Assembly (NCBI GenBank): GCA_012295275.1
Contig: CM022670.1
Location: 8,370,001 to 8,434,000, forward strand
Reading direction: 5' to 3'
DNA length: 64,000 nucleotides
DNA from: Chrysomallon squamiferum
Taxonomy: Eukaryota > Animalia > Mollusca
The notes beneath the pieces are model-generated. The model saw only the letters and a list, made by a program, of their open reading frames with translations. It searched no databases and was not told the DNA's origin. Below, in pieces: positions 41,160 through 56,887 of the stretch; position 1 is the stretch's first letter; each line of letters opens with the position of its first letter. Both the position numbers and the translations under genes were made by a program.

Positions 41160-44100
41160 TATTATGTGACAAAACTTTATCCATTACTTCTTACTGTTTT
41201 ATGTTAAAATGACTCAGTTTATCATGTAATTTACCTTATTTTACTCTGCTTTGTGCTTTTATTATTTTATTGTTGTTACTGTTATTATAATTACATGTAT
41301 TGTTATTAGTAAATATCAATAACTAAATATTAGATATCAATAAGTCATTCATTTTAAAGTGTATTATATCTAAACACTGCATTTATTTCTGACTGTATGT
41401 ACTATTATTCTTATGACAGAACCAAGTTCTACAACAACATCAGCAACTCCAGGTATTTATTTGAAAACTATCTCTCAGTTAGACACACACACTCTCTGTC
41501 TTTCTCTCTCCTTTTTATTTCTCTTACTCTCTCACTCTCTCTCACTGTCTCTCTTTCCATCTGTTTTTCTTACACATGCAGTCTCACATTGAAAGTATGC
41601 GTGTCAGTGTATGTATGTATGTATGAATGTATGTATCTGTATGACAAGATTTTCTTTTAAAACTATCTCTTTGGTGAGACAAATACATTGGGAACATCAA
41701 TGGGTATAACTAATTTAAAAAAAAAAAAAACATTCATAGAAATTGTGGATAAAACAAAGATTTGAAAATAAGAAACAAAAGATTGATTAACTGTATAAAA
41801 CAAATAAATTCCAAGTTTGAGTGTATTACATCTTATTCTATATACCCTAGTACTTTTTAACACCGACCTTTCAGAAACAACATATACAAGCTGGAACAGT
41901 AAAATATCTCAATGGTAATTCGGTATGCTTTTAGATCATTTGATGTTTCATAATCCTTTTACATTAAGCATTTACTCGTCTTAAAATATATTTATTTTAT
42001 TTCATTTTTCTATTATTTTTTATTTTCTGTTTTTAAAAGTTGTAATATATATTTTACCATTAAGATTTGAAAAAGATTGAATAGTATTTTTTAATATTTA
42101 AAAAAAAAAAAAACTAACACAGACATTAAAGTACAGCAAACAACACATAATTAGTGTATATACGTTTTGTTCTTGTTTTGTCTTCTGTTATCTTAATCTG
42201 TTGTGCCAAATGTATTTTATCTGACAAAACTTTATCCATTCCTTCTTACTGTTTTATGTTAAAATGACTCATTTTATCATGTAATTTACCTTATTTTACT
42301 TTTGCTAAGTGCTTTTATTATCATAATCATCATCATTATCATTTTCATTCCTATCATCATCATCTATGTATTCAGTTATAATAATAATAATTAGTAGTAG
42401 TAGTAGTATATGTAGTAATATTTGTATTATTATTATTATTACTACTATTATTGATAAGGTTATAATTATTTTGTTGTTGTTACTGTTATTATAATTACAT
42501 GTATTGTTATTAGTAAATATCAATAACTAAATATTAAATATCAATAAGTCATTCATTTTAAAGTGTATTATATCTAAACACTGCATTTATTTCTGACTGT
42601 ATGTACTATTATTCTTATGACAGAACCAAGCTCTACAAGAACATCAGCAACTCCAGGTATTTATTTGAAAACTATCTCTCAGTTAGACACACACACTCTC
42701 TGTCTTTCTCTCTCCTTTTCATTTCTCTTCCTCTATCACTCTCTCTCACTGTCTCTCTTTCCATCTGTTTTTCTTACACATGCAGTCTCATATTGAAAGT
42801 ATGCATGTCAGTGTATGTATGTATGTATGTATGTATGTATCTGTATGACAAGTTTTTATTTTAAAACTATCTCTTAGTGAGAAAAATACATTAGCAACAT
42901 AAATATGTATGACTAATTTGAAAAAAAACATTCATAGAAACTGTGGATAAAACAAAAATTTGAAAATAAGAAATAAAAGATTGATTAACTGTAAACGAAC
43001 AAATAAATTCCAAGTTTGAGTGTATTACATTTTATTCTACATACCCTAGTACATTTTAACACCGACCTTTCAGAAACAGTATATACAAGCTGGAACGGTA
43101 AATATCTCAATGGTAATTCGGTATTCTTTTAGATCATTTGATGTTTCATAATCTTTTTTTACATTAAGCATTTACTCGTCTTAAAATATATTTATTTTAT
43201 TTCATTTTTCTATTATTTTTTATTTTCTGTTTTTAAAAGTTGTAATATATATTTTATCATTAAGATTTGAAAAAGATTGAAATATAATTTTTAATATTTA
43301 AAAAAAAAAAAACTAACACAGATGTTAAAGTATAGCAAACAACACATAATTAGTGTATATACATTTTGTTCTTGTTTTGTCTTCTGTTATCTTAATCTGT
43401 TGTGCCAAATGTATTTTATCTGACAAAACTTTATCCATTACTTCTTACTGTTTTATGTTAAAATGACTCATTTTATCATGTAATTTACCTGATTTTACTT
43501 TGCTTTGTGCTTTTATTATCATAATCATCATCATTATCATTTTCATACCTACCATCATCATCTATGTATTCAGTTATAATAATAATAATTAGTAGTAGTA
43601 GTAGTATATGTAGTAATATTTGTATTATTATTATTATTACTACTATTATTGATAAGGTTATAATTATTTTGTTGTTGTTACTGTTATTATAATTACATGT
43701 ATTGTTATTAGTAAATATCAATAACTAAATATTAAATATCAATAAGTCATTCATTTTAAAGTGTATTATATCTAAACACTGCATTTATTTCTGACTGTAT
43801 GTACTATTATTCTTATGACAGAACCAAGCTCTACAAGAACATCAGCAACTCCAGGTATTTATTTGAAAACTATCTCTCAGTTAGACACACACACTCTCTG
43901 TCTTTATCTCTCCTTTTTATTTCTCTTCTTTTCTCACTCTCTCTCACTGTCTCTCTTTCCATCTGTTTTTCTTACACATGCAGTCTCATATTGAAAGTAT
44001 GCATGTCAGTGTATGTATGTATGTATGTATGTATGTATGTATCTGTATGACAAGTTTTTATTTTAAAACTATCTCTTAGTGAGAAAAATACATTAGCAAC

Positions 44101-47100
44101 ATAAATATGTATGACTAATTTGAAAAAAAAAAAAACATTCATAGAAACTGTGGATAAAACAAAAATTTGAAAATAAGAAATAAAAGATTGATTAACTGTA
44201 AACGAACAAATAAATTCCAATAAAATATATTTAATTTTATTTTACCTTGCTTTGTGCTTTTATTATCATAATCATCATCATTATCATTTTCATACCTACC
44301 ATCATCATCTATGTATTCAGTTATAATAATAATAATTAGTAGTAGTAGTAATATATGTAGTAATATTTGTATTATTATTATTATTACTACTATTATTGAT
44401 AAGGTTATAATTATTTTGTTGTTGTTACTGTTATTATAATTACATGTATTGTTATTAGTAAATATCAATAACTAAATATTAAATATCAATAAGTCATTCA
44501 TTTTAAAGTGTATTATATCTAAACACTGCATTTATTTCTGACTGTATGTACTATTATTCTTATGACAGAACCAAGTTCTACAACAGCATCAGCAATTCCA
44601 GGTATTTATTTGAAAACTATCTCTCAGTTAGACACACACACTCTCTGTCTTTATCTCTCCTTTTTCGTTCTCTTCCTTTCTAACTCTCTCTCACTGTCTC
44701 TCTTTCCATCTGTTTTTCTTAAACATGCAGTCTCATATTGAAAGTATGCATGTCAGTGTATGTATGTATGTATGAATGTGTGTATCGCTATGACAAGTTT
44801 TTATTTTAAAACTATCTCTTAGTGAGAAAAATACATTAGCAACATAAATATGTATGACTAATTTGAAAAAAAACATTCATAGAAACTGTGGATAAAACAA
44901 AAATTTGAAAATAAGAAATAAAAGATTGATTAACTGTAAACGAACAAATAAATTCCAATAAAATATATTTAATTTTATTTTACTTTGCTTTGTGCTTTTA
45001 TTATCATAATCATCATCATTATCATTTTCATACCTACCATCATCATCTATGTATTCAGTTATAATAATAATAATTAGTAGTAGTAGTAGTATATGTAGTA
45101 ATATTTGTATTATTATTATTATTACTACTATTATTGATAAGGTTATAATTATTTTGTTGTTGTTACTGTTATTATAATTACATGTATTGTTATTAGTAAA
45201 TATCAATAACTAAATATTAAATATCAATAAGTCATTCATTTTAAAGTGTATTATATCTAAACACTGCATTTATTTCTGACTGTATGTACTATTATTCTTA
45301 TGACAGAACCAAGCTCTACAAGAACATCAGCAACTCCAGGTATTTATTTGAAAACTATCTCTCAGTTAGACACACACACTCTCTGTCTTTCTCTCTCCTT
45401 TTATTTCTCTTCCTTTATCACTCTCTCTCACTGTCTCTCTTTCCATCTGTTTTTCTTAAACATGCAGTCTCATATTGAAAGTATGCATGTCAGTGTATGT
45501 ATGTATGTATGAATGTATGTATCCCTATGACAAGTTTTTATTTTAAAACTATCTCTTAGTGAGAAAAATACATTAGCAACATAAATATGTATGACTAATT
45601 TGAAAAAAAACATTCATAGAAACTGTGGATAAAACAAAAATTTGAAAATAAGAAATAAAAGATTGATTAACTGTAAACGAACAAATAAATTCCAATAAAA
45701 TATATTTAATTTTATTTTACCTTTGCTTTGTGCTTTTATTATCATAATCATCATCATTATCATTTTCATACCTACCATCATCATCTATGTATTCAGTTAT
45801 AATAATAATAATTAGTAGTAGTAGTAGTACATGTAGTAATATTTGTATTATTATTATTATTACTACTATTATTGATAAGGTTATAATTATTTTGTTGTTG
45901 TTACTGTTATTATAATTACATGTATGTTTATTAGTAAATATCAATAAGTCATTCATTTTAAAGTGTATTATATCTAAACACTGCATTTATTTCTGACTGT
46001 TTGTACTATTATTCTTATGACAGAACCAAGTTCTACAAGGACATCAGAAACTCCAGGTATTTATTTGAAAACTATCTCTCAGTTAGACACACACACTCTC
46101 TGTCTTTCTCTCTCTTTTTTATTTCTCTTCCTTTATCACTCTCTCTCTTTTCATCTGTTTTTCTTACACATGCAGTCTCATATTGACAGTATGCATGTCA
46201 GTGTATGTATGTATGTATGTATGTATCTGTATGACAAGTTTTTATTTTAAAACTATGTCTCAGTGAGGAAAATACATTAGCAACATAAATATGTATGACT
46301 AATTTGAAAAAAACATTCATAGAAACTGTGGATAAAACAAAAATTTGAAAATAAGAAATAAAAGATTGATTAACTGTAAACGAACAAATAAATTCCAATA
46401 AAATATATTTATTTTATTTCATTTTTTATTATTTTTTTATTTTCTGTTTTTAAAAAAAATATATATTTTGTTTTGTTTTGACTTCTGTTATCTTAATCTG
46501 TTGTGCCAAATGTATTTTAATTTGAAAAAACTTTATCCAGAAACTGTGGATCAAAAATTTGAAAATGTTTTATGTTAAAATGAACAAATCATTTAAAATA
46601 TGTAATTTTTTATTTTACTTTGCTTTGTGCTTTTATTATCATAATCATCATCATTATCATGTTCATTCCTATCATCATCATCTATGTATTCAGTTATAAT
46701 AATAAAAATTAGTAGTAGTAGTATTATATGCATTATTATTATTATTGATAAGGTTATAATTATTTTGTTGTTGTTACTGTTATTATAATTACATGTATTG
46801 TTATTAGTAAATATCAATAACTAAATATAAAATATCAATAAGTCATTCATTTTAAAGTGTATTATATCTAAACACTGCATTTATTTCTGACTGTATGTAC
46901 TATTATTCTTATGACAGAACCAAGTTCTACAAGGACATCAGAAACTCCAGGTATTTATTTGAAAACTATCTCTCAGTTAGACACACACACTCTCTGTCTT
47001 TCTCTCTCCTTTTTATTTCTCTTCCTCTATCACTCTCTCTCACTGTCTCTCTTTCCGTCTGTTTTTCTTACACATGCAGTCTCATATTGAAAGTATGCAT

Positions 47101-48710
47101 GTCAGTGTATGTATGTATATATGTATGTATCTGTATGACAAGTTTTTATTTTAAAACTATGACTCAGTGAGAAAAATACATTAGCAACATAAATAGGTAT
47201 GACTAATTTGAAAAAAACATTCATAGAAACTGTGGATAAAACAAAAATTTGAAAATAAGAAATAAAAGATTGATTAACTGTAAACGAACAAATAAATTCC
47301 AAGTTTGAGTGTATTACATCTTATTCTACATACCCTAGTACATTTTAACACCGACCTTTCAGAAACAATATATACAAGCTGGAACGGTAAATATTTCAAT
47401 GGTAATTCGGTATTCTTTTAGATCATTTGATGTTTCATAATCTTTTTATATTAAGCATTTACTCGTCTTAAAATATATTTATTTTATTTCATTTTTCTAT
47501 TATTTTTTATTTTCTGTTTTTAAAAGTTGTAATATATATTTTATCATTAAGATTTGAAAAAGATTGAAATATAATTTTTAATATTTAAAAAAAAAAAAAA
47601 ACTAACACAGACGTTAAAGTACAGCAAACAACACATAATTAGTGTATATACATTTTGTTCTTGTTTTGTCTTCTGTTATCTTAATCTGTTGTGCCAAATG
47701 TATTTTATCTGACAAAACTTTATCCATTACTTCTTACTGTTTTATGTTAAAATGACTCATTTTATCATGTAATTTACCTGATTTTACTTTGCTTTGTGCT
47801 TTTATTATAATAATCATCATCATTATCATTTTCATACCTACCATCATCATCTATGTATTCAGTTATAATAATAATAATTAGTAGTAGTAGTATATGTAGT
47901 AATATTTGTATTATTATTATTATTACTACTATTATTGATAAGGTTATAATTATTTTGTTGTTGTTACTGTTATTATAATTACATGTATTGTTATTAGTAA
48001 ATATCAATAACTAAATATTAAATATCAATAAGTCATTCATTTTAAAGTGTATTATATCTAAACACTGCATTTATTTCTGACTGTTTGTACTATTATTCTT
48101 ATGACAGAACCAAGTTCTACAAGAACATCAGAAACTCCAGGTATTTATTTGAAAACTATCTCTCAGTTAGACACACACACTCTCTGTCTTTCTCTCTCCT
48201 TTTTATTTCTCTTCCTCTATCACTCTCTCTCACTGTCTCTCTTTCCGTCTGTTTTTCTTACACATGCAGTCTCATATTGAAAGTATGCGTTTCAGTGTAT
48301 GTATATATGTATGAGAAGATTTTCTTTTAAAACTATCTCTCTGTGAGACAAATACATTAGCAACATCAATGGGTATGACTAATTTGAAAAAAAAAAACAT
48401 TCATAGAAATTGTGGATAAAACAAAGATTTGAAAATAAGAAACAAAAGATTGATTACCCGTATAACACAAATCAATTCCAAGTTTGAGTGTATAACATCT
48501 TATTCTATATACCCTAGTACTTTTTAACACCGGCCTTTCATAAATAATACATAGCGTTTATATGGGAAATATCTCAGTGTTAATTCCGTATGCTTTGTAT
48601 GATCATATGACGTCTTTAATAATCTTTTTCTGTTAAGTATTTGGTCGTGTTAAAATATGTTTATTTTATTTCATTTCATTGTATTATTATTCTATTTTCT
48701 GTTTTGAAAA
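41160..48710 (+). repeat. Tandem array 3 with eight 33-nt micro-exons (41420, 42624, 43822, 44569, 45307, 46024, 46918, 48108)
   Basis: Same unit. Variants EPSSTTTSATP, EPSSTRTSATP, EPSSTTASAIP and EPSSTRTSETP all keep 33 nt and AG/GT. Confidence 0.9.
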
Positions 48711-48883
48711 AGAATATGAGACAAAAAGATTTGTGACAGCGATTTCTTAATTCATGTTCAATTATTTATTAACAAATAAATAAAATATTTCACATTACAA
48801 CAAAACATACGTTTTGTAAACAAATAGAAATTTTTCACATGATACCGAAGAAATGATTGAAACAATCATTTATTTTATTTCAG

Positions 48884-49670
48884 TGACAAACTGTCTGAAT
48901 TCAAAAGACTGCTGGGTGCAGCACAATTTTCAGTTTGATGATAACTGGAACGATTGTCATGGAGAACAATACGTGAGAAAAACCACTTACGAATTTGGGA
49001 AATATGTTGGAGTAGTTCTGTGTTCATCTACCAGGTATTCATGTGTATCTCTCTAAATCTGTCTCAATCTCGATGTCTCTTGGCTATGACATACATACAC
49101 AAACGTACACGCACACATGTGCAGATCCAATATTCTGACCACTACAGTTGTATTTTGCAGATATAAGCTGTTTTTGTCTGATTCGCTCAGTGACCGTTTT
49201 CTCAACATCGGAGACGGCAGTGGACATGGTCAGGATCATTGTGAGTTTATAGGAAGCAAAAATGATGCAACTTCTATAGACAGGAATTTCTGGAATTCGC
49301 CAGGAACTACAGGTCAGACTTTCTTTAAAAAAAAACATTTTAAGAGGCACATTTCCTTTAGAAACCTTTCTTAAATTGTTACAAATTGACTGAAAACAGT
49401 AAAACAGAATTATTTTAAAGGGTGTCTGCAATTTATATTTTGGTCTAAACCGAGATTTATTGATCACAACATATGATAAATGTAATTCTGATTCAGTTAT
49501 TTATATCGTTTTAGGATACATACGATCAAGGCGTGGTGAAACGCCTGCCAAGGGCAGAATTGGGGGAGGCACGGGATCCTCGTGGACTGGAAATTATTAT
49601 GGAAAATGGATAGAATGTGGAGTCAGGATTCCAGGAAACAGCAGAGTGGTATTATTGTCTGGTACAAAAG
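48884..49670 (+). CDS. TARSH C-terminal-like domain, copy 3 (exons 48884-49034, 49161-49312, 49515-49670)
   Basis: Same lengths and phases as copies 1 and 2; open frame. Confidence 0.85.
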
Positions 49671-50396
49671 GTAATTCGTCTTTTCTTAAACCGTCTTGTT
49701 TCTAACATCGATTTTTCATAAAGAATATATACAAGCTGGAATGGGAAATATCTCAAAAGTAATTCGGTATGCTTTTATATTAAACATTTGTTCGACATAA
49801 AACATATTTATGTTATTTAAGTTCATTCTATGTTATTTAAGTTCATTCGGTTTTTAAAAGTTGTAATATATATTTTATAATTAAGATTTGAAAAAGATCG
49901 AAATATATATATATATATATTTTAATTAACACAAATACTGAAGTACAGCAAACTACACGTAAGTAGCATGTGTAAATTTTCTTCTTTTATTTCTTGCATC
50001 TATTGTTCTTGTTGTTCTTCTTCTTCCTCTCCTTGTTCTTGTTGTTCTTATTATTATTATTGTTCATAATGTTATTATTATTATTAAATATTAATACATG
50101 ATAAATTAAATGCAGAATTCTATTTGAAGACTGTATTTATTTCTGACTGTGTTTACATTTATTCTTTTTACAGAACTAACTACTACAACGACAACAGCCA
50201 CTCCAAGTATTTATTTTAAAACTATCTCTCTGTGAGCCAAGAATTCTCTGTCTCTGTCGCCGTTGTCTCTTTATTCCTCTTTCTCACTCTATCACGCTGT
50301 CTCCCGCCCTGAGTCTCTCTCTTTCTCTTTCTCTACACGCACATCCAATCACATATGTATGTATATTAATGTATATATGTGTGAGATAACTATACT

Positions 50397-50488
<92 letters not shown>

Positions 50489-50655
50489 GTCTGTATGACA
50501 GCATGCATACATGTAGGTGTACATGCATGTACGTTTGTATGTATGTATGAATTTTGTTTATAAGTATGTGTGTATATGTGTTTCTATGTGTACGTATGTA
50601 TGTAAATATGTAGATGTATATTTTGTTTCTAAACATTTATTATAATCATTTAAAG

Positions 50656-51848
50656 CTACTCGATGCATGGGAACGTATTGTTCCGGTTCGTATACGAGTG
50701 GAGCCAAATGTGTCAACGGATACTGTGTTTGTACAAACTGGATGGATACAACTACTATACGTGCCTACGTAAGCACTATATATAACTAAATATATCTATT
50801 CAGAAACGATCAGGTTCACACACAAACATACAGATACACATACATACCCACATATACATATACACACATGCACATACTCAGGCCTGCAAACACAAATATA
50901 CAGATGCACATGCACATAAACACACAGACACATTCACACAGACTGAGTCAGAGGCAATATTTGTAACGGGAAATACTCCGAATCGATAAAGTAAAGGAAC
51001 ATAGTTGAAATATTTTAAAATTATTTTTACAGCTGATTATGCTGGTTGTTTAGTACAAAGAAACAAGGAAACCAGGGCTGTTCCATCTTACCACGGCAGA
51101 AAGCGATCGTCTGTGTATGGTTGTATCAACAAAAGCAGTCTGAATCTGTCGCCCGAAGTTCATGTACTTGGATGCTATGAGAACATCAATCGAAGGCCAC
51201 CTAAAGCTGGGAATACAACTGTGGACATTGTGGGACACACAACCAAACCTGTTGTTCTGGTTTTGACCTCTTATGAACCTGTAGCCTGGAGGATTAATGT
51301 GCCTGCTGGAATGATTATCCAGAAAATCATGCTGGTAAAATTTCTCTAATTTTAAGAAAGCTTGTGTAGAATTTTTGGAATCTCATCACTTTGTAATAGT
51401 ATGTGTTATATATATATAGCCTACACATTACGGTGTAGAGTCATTTTATCGGTTAGCAATAGCGTATATATATATATATATAACTTTTGATAAAGTAGAC
51501 TGATAAAGCGTTTTTGGACTGCTAGGTAAAATGGGAAGTAACTTGATGTCTGTATGTGTTTGTATGCAGTATGTATGTGCATATTTAAAACTTTATATGT
51601 TAAAATCAAAATGAAATTGTTTTGCTTTCTTGCAGTATTCTTACTATCTGGATAAGAGTTCTGTAAGCGTGAGTGGTGGATCAAACCCTCCAGTTGAGAC
51701 AAGCAGAAAGAGTGTTTATGGATATGGTAGTGACAGCGGAGGTCACACGCTCAAGTTACTGGCTGAAGTCAAGAAACGCTTTGGTCATGTGACTTCCTTT
51801 TCTGGAACCTACAAAGTTGACCACTGGTCACTCACGGTGGGCATCTAG
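50656..51848 (+). CDS. Cassette 3 EGF-like exon (50656-50768, +2 nt frameshift) and SYEPV domain type A exons (51033-51334, 51636-51836/51848)
   Basis: Near-identical to 38400-39585. The EGF exon is 113 nt instead of 111 (ACAAACTGGATGGATAC vs ACAAAAACTGGATAC). Confidence 0.7.
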
Positions 51849-53199
51849 CTTATCATTTGACTGTGCAAATAAATATTTTAATCAGGGTAAGAACCATGAG
51901 ATCATCTGGAATCCAGTGTTTCTTATCTATAACGGCTCCTAGTAAACACCACTCTCTATTAATCGCCCAAAACATGTTTGTCTTCCTGCGCCAATGCGTT
52001 CCCTAATATTGTCTATGTACAGAGTCTAATCAGACATATATAAGAAAGAGAATATTCAAATCCTAAAATACATACATACATGAACACATACACACATATA
52101 ATCATTAACACATATAGACATACATACATAAGTACTTAGCTAAGGAAAGCCGAGACACCGTTGATCACTAATTTTTATTCTCCAGTTTTCCTCCAAGGTT
52201 AATGGCAACATGGTTAATAACTATACGGGAAATGATAGAGACGAGAGGTGTTGGCCATGTAATCTTGAGACTTTTATCGTGTCAACTACAGCGATTCTGA
52301 GGCCTGCTTGTTCTTCTATCTTCCTTTTTCGTTCTAGAGAAGCTATTTTTATTTGTTTCTTGACCGGGGTGCTTGTCAGAACTTCTTAGGCCTACCCTTC
52401 CTAAATCCTTCCTTGTTTATTCGTGCCTTTCGAAAATAATTGACGATGATCGACTTTATATTTGAAGTGAATGAGACTGGTTCGAATGTTGCTGATGTTC
52501 CTGTAGCTGCATTTGGGGCTCGATTTGGCATATCTGGTTCATGTGACTGATGCATTTCGTGTTGTTTTCGGTCTGTCGCAGAGGAAAAAAGGAGGACCCC
52601 ATCACCAAATGCATTAGGAAGGAGTAGATAAACACCTTTGTTCTTGAAACCAGCTGCGATGTTCATGGAAGTGAAGGAAAGTGTGTAAGCACTGCCTATA
52701 ATCTTGCAAAAATCATCGAAATTCCCTACATGCGCTTCATACAAGCAGGTGAGCTTATGCAAATGGCGGTCTGAGGACCAAAGAGGAGATATTGATAATC
52801 TTCACAAAAACTACCTCTAATCGAAACATAATGAATAGTTTCTTATTCCTTGATGATCCATACTATATCACAAACAAATATTAGTCCTAAAAATGTACTT
52901 TTGATGGTTGAAAAGAAAACTTTACCTTGCTAATTTTCAAAATGGAAGCCTCGGTTAAAACAAAACAGATTTCTTCACTGATGATTCACCATGATGATAT
53001 CACTTCGGGATTCCTTTTTTTTTTCATTATCTATAAATAGTCACAGATCCACAGTGCTCCATGTTCCACAGTGCCCCGACTCACACTAGTACACACATAT
53101 ATATACTTCACACATACACATTCGCATAAAGATATACACACATACAAATATATATATATACATATTCGCATCTAACTGAATATATTTTAATATTTACAG

Positions 53200-54694
53200 G
53201 TGAATAACAACAATGGTAAGTTTCTACTTAATTACTTAACTTCAGATAGAGAAACCAAAACATGATTATTGAATAGATTTGTCATTATCATGACTATTAT
53301 CTCAGTATCTTATGCTAAACGTATTATGACGTTATCTTATATTACCTTATCTTTCTCTTATCTTCTCTTCTCTTAATCTATTGTGTCAAATGTATTTTAT
53401 TTGACCAAACTTTATCCATTACTTCTTACTGTTTAATGTTAAAATGACTCATCTTATCATGTAATTTACATTATTTTACTTTGCTTTGTGCTTTTATTAT
53501 CATAATCATCATCATTATCATGTTCGTACCTACTATCATCATCTATGTATTCAGTTATAATAATAATAATTAGTAGTAGTAGTAGTATATGTATTATTAT
53601 TATTATTATTATTAATATTATTGATACGGTTATAAATATTTTGTTGTTGTTACTGTTATTATAATTACATGTATTGTTATTAGTAAATATCAATAACTAA
53701 ATATTAAATATCAATAAGTCATTCATTTTAAAGTGTATTATATCTAAACACTGCATTTATTTCTGACTGTATGTACTATTATTCTTATGACAGAACCAAG
53801 TTCTACAAGGACATCAGAAACTCCAGGTATTTATTTGAAAACTATCTCTCAGTTAGACACACACACTCTCTGTCTTTATCTTTCCTTTTTATCTCTCTTA
53901 CTCTCTCACTCTCCCTCACTGTCTCTCTTTCCATCTGTTTTTCTTACACATGCAGTCTCATATTGAAAGTATGCATGTCAGTGTATGTATGTATGTATGA
54001 ATGTATGTATCCCTATGACAAGTTTTTATTTTAAAACTATCTCTCTGTGAGACAAATACATTAGCAACCTCAATGGGTCGTACTAATTTGAAAAAAACAT
54101 TCATAGAAACTGTGGATATTACAAAGATTTGAAAATAAGAAACAAAAGATTGATTACCTGTATAACACAAATCAATTTCAAGTTTGAGTATATAACATCT
54201 TATTCTATATACGCTAGTACTTTTTAACACCGGCCTTTCATAAATAATACATAGCGTTTATATGGGAAATATCTCAGTGGTAATTCCGTATGCTTTGTAT
54301 GTTCATATGACGTCGTCAATAATCTTTTTCTGTTAAGTATTTGGTCGTGTTAAAATATGTTTATTTTATTTCATTTCATTGTATTATTATTCTATTTTCT
54401 GTTTTGAAAAGTTGTAATAAATATTATATCTTTAACATTTGATAATGATCGAACTATAAATTTTAATTTTTCTTATTTTAATTAACACAGATGCTGAAGC
54501 CCAGCAATAATGTTTGATTTCTTGCATGTTTTGTTGTTGTTTTTTATTATAATTATTGACAATGTTATTATTATTATTAAATATTAATACATAATACACT
54601 GTAAACTGAATTTGAAGGCTGTATTTATTTCTGACTATATTTAGATTTATTCTTTTTACAGAACTAACTACTACAACGACAACAGCCACTTCAA
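53200..54694 (+). CDS. Cassette 4 micro-exons: VNNNN (53200-53215), EPSSTRTSETP (53794-53826), ELTTTTTTATS (54662-54694)
   Basis: Canonical AG/GT, lengths 16/33/33, compatible phases. Confidence 0.7.
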
Positions 54695-54913
54695 GTATTT
54701 ATTTTAAAACTCTCTGTGAGCCAAGAATTCTCTATCTCTGTCGCCTTTGTCTCTTTATTCCTCTTTCTCACTCTATCACTCTGTCTCTCTCCCCAAGTCT
54801 CTGTCTTTCTCTTTCCCTTACACGCACATCGAATCGCATATCGAATGTATGTATGTGTATGACGTCAGAAACCCCAAGTAATTATTTCAAAACTCTCCCT
54901 GTGTGAGATTCCT

Positions 54914-55036
<123 letters not shown>

Positions 55037-55485
55037 TGGCTATTCAATAGATTTGACATTATCATAACTATGATCTTAGTAATCTATGCTAAACGTATTA
55101 TCACGTTATCTTATCTTACCTTATCTTTCTCTTGTCTTCTCTTATCTTAATCTGTTGTGTCAAATGTATTTTATCTCACCAAATATTATCCATTACTTCA
55201 CGTAGTTTTATATTTTCATGGCTTATTTTATCATCTAATTTACTGGTTTGAATTTTTCTTTTTTCTATTATTATCATAATAATCATCATTATCATTATCA
55301 TCTTCGTTATCATCATCATCTTCTTCATCTTCATCATGATAATCGCCATCGTCCCCCTTCTTCCCCTTTTCCCCCTTCTCCCTCTTCATTCTTCTTTTTC
55401 TTCTTGTTTTTGGTTATTCCTATTGATATCTTTGTTCAAAGTTAAAAAAATACATTCCATATAATTATATATAATTATGTTTCAG

Positions 55486-56856
55486 ATCTTCCCAGAAAAT
55501 CGTGCACGCGATATTGTTCTGGTTCATATAAAACAGGAGCTAAATGTATAAATGGATTCTGTGAGTGCAACAAACCCGGATACAACAAATATACCTGTTT
55601 ACGTGAGTGAAATATCGTTTTTATTATACTGGTAGGAGGGGAAAATCCACAAACAAACCCAAACACAAGAATGAAACAAAAAAGTAGAAAAACTATTTGA
55701 GCGAGTTACTAAAAATATGTCCAGTCGTTGTGAGACCGCTGTATATTTGTATTAGTATCATTTCTATTGTAGCTGGTATTGCTGTTATTCTTGTTGTTCA
55801 TATTATTATTATTATTTTTATTATTATTGTTGTTGTTGTTGTTGTTGTTGTTATTATTATTATTACTGTCATTATTATTGGCATTATTTTTACTAGTACT
55901 ACTATTATGTAGAAAACTTAAATTTTGTGACACTATAATATTCATAACAAAAGCTAAAATTGATTAATAGTAAAAGTCTTTTGTGTGATTGTTAACTACA
56001 TCAAGGAATGTTTCACCGGTTGTTGACCTAGTACTATTTTTTTTTTTTTTTTTTTTTTTTTATTGATTATTTATTTATTTAGTGGTACTTTGACTTACGA
56101 GTTTAATTATTTTAACGCCTTTGACTGAGTTACAGCCTGTATCGACTCCTTCTGCTTTTGTATGGTACTACGCTAGCACTGGCTAGCCAAGTGGACTATA
56201 TGCACACCTAGCTCATGTTTCTCTATGATTTCATGCTTTAATTCAATGGACATCATTCGCTTTTTCATCTCAGCACTGTCTTTTGCACTCACTTTCTTAC
56301 GATCCAAGGTCAGAAAGAAAAGAAAAGTTGGCAAAATATTGCACAAAACGGAAAAACAACACAAAAGACATGCTTCCGCGACGTTGTGTTGTTTGTTGCA
56401 CTAACTAGCGCCGGCGTAAATGCAGCTCACTCGTAACTCGATTTCGGCTCGCCACTCAAAGCAAAAAATCGATATAAATATAAATGAGGAATTTTAAAGT
56501 GATAAATATTCTCCATATCTGTTTTCTAAAATTATCTTTTAACCTTCCGGTATTTATCGATCTTTCTATCGTTGTTTGTTTATTTGTTTCTTTATTTTTT
56601 CGAACACTCAGTTTCCTCTTCTTTTTCGCTTTTTCTATAAAAGAAAAAGAAATTCTGGACAAATACTTTTAATATGATAGAGATACTATTTTTGAATATA
56701 CATTAATTTTATAGTTTAAAATCAAAGCAATGGAAATGGACACTGACCAGTGTGTATAACATTTACAAATATCACTGCCCACGAGTCGGGCAAATTATTA
56801 TTATTACAGCTGTTATTGTTGCTGTTGTTTCTGTTGTTATTGTTTCTATCATTATT

Positions 56857-56887
<31 letters not shown>
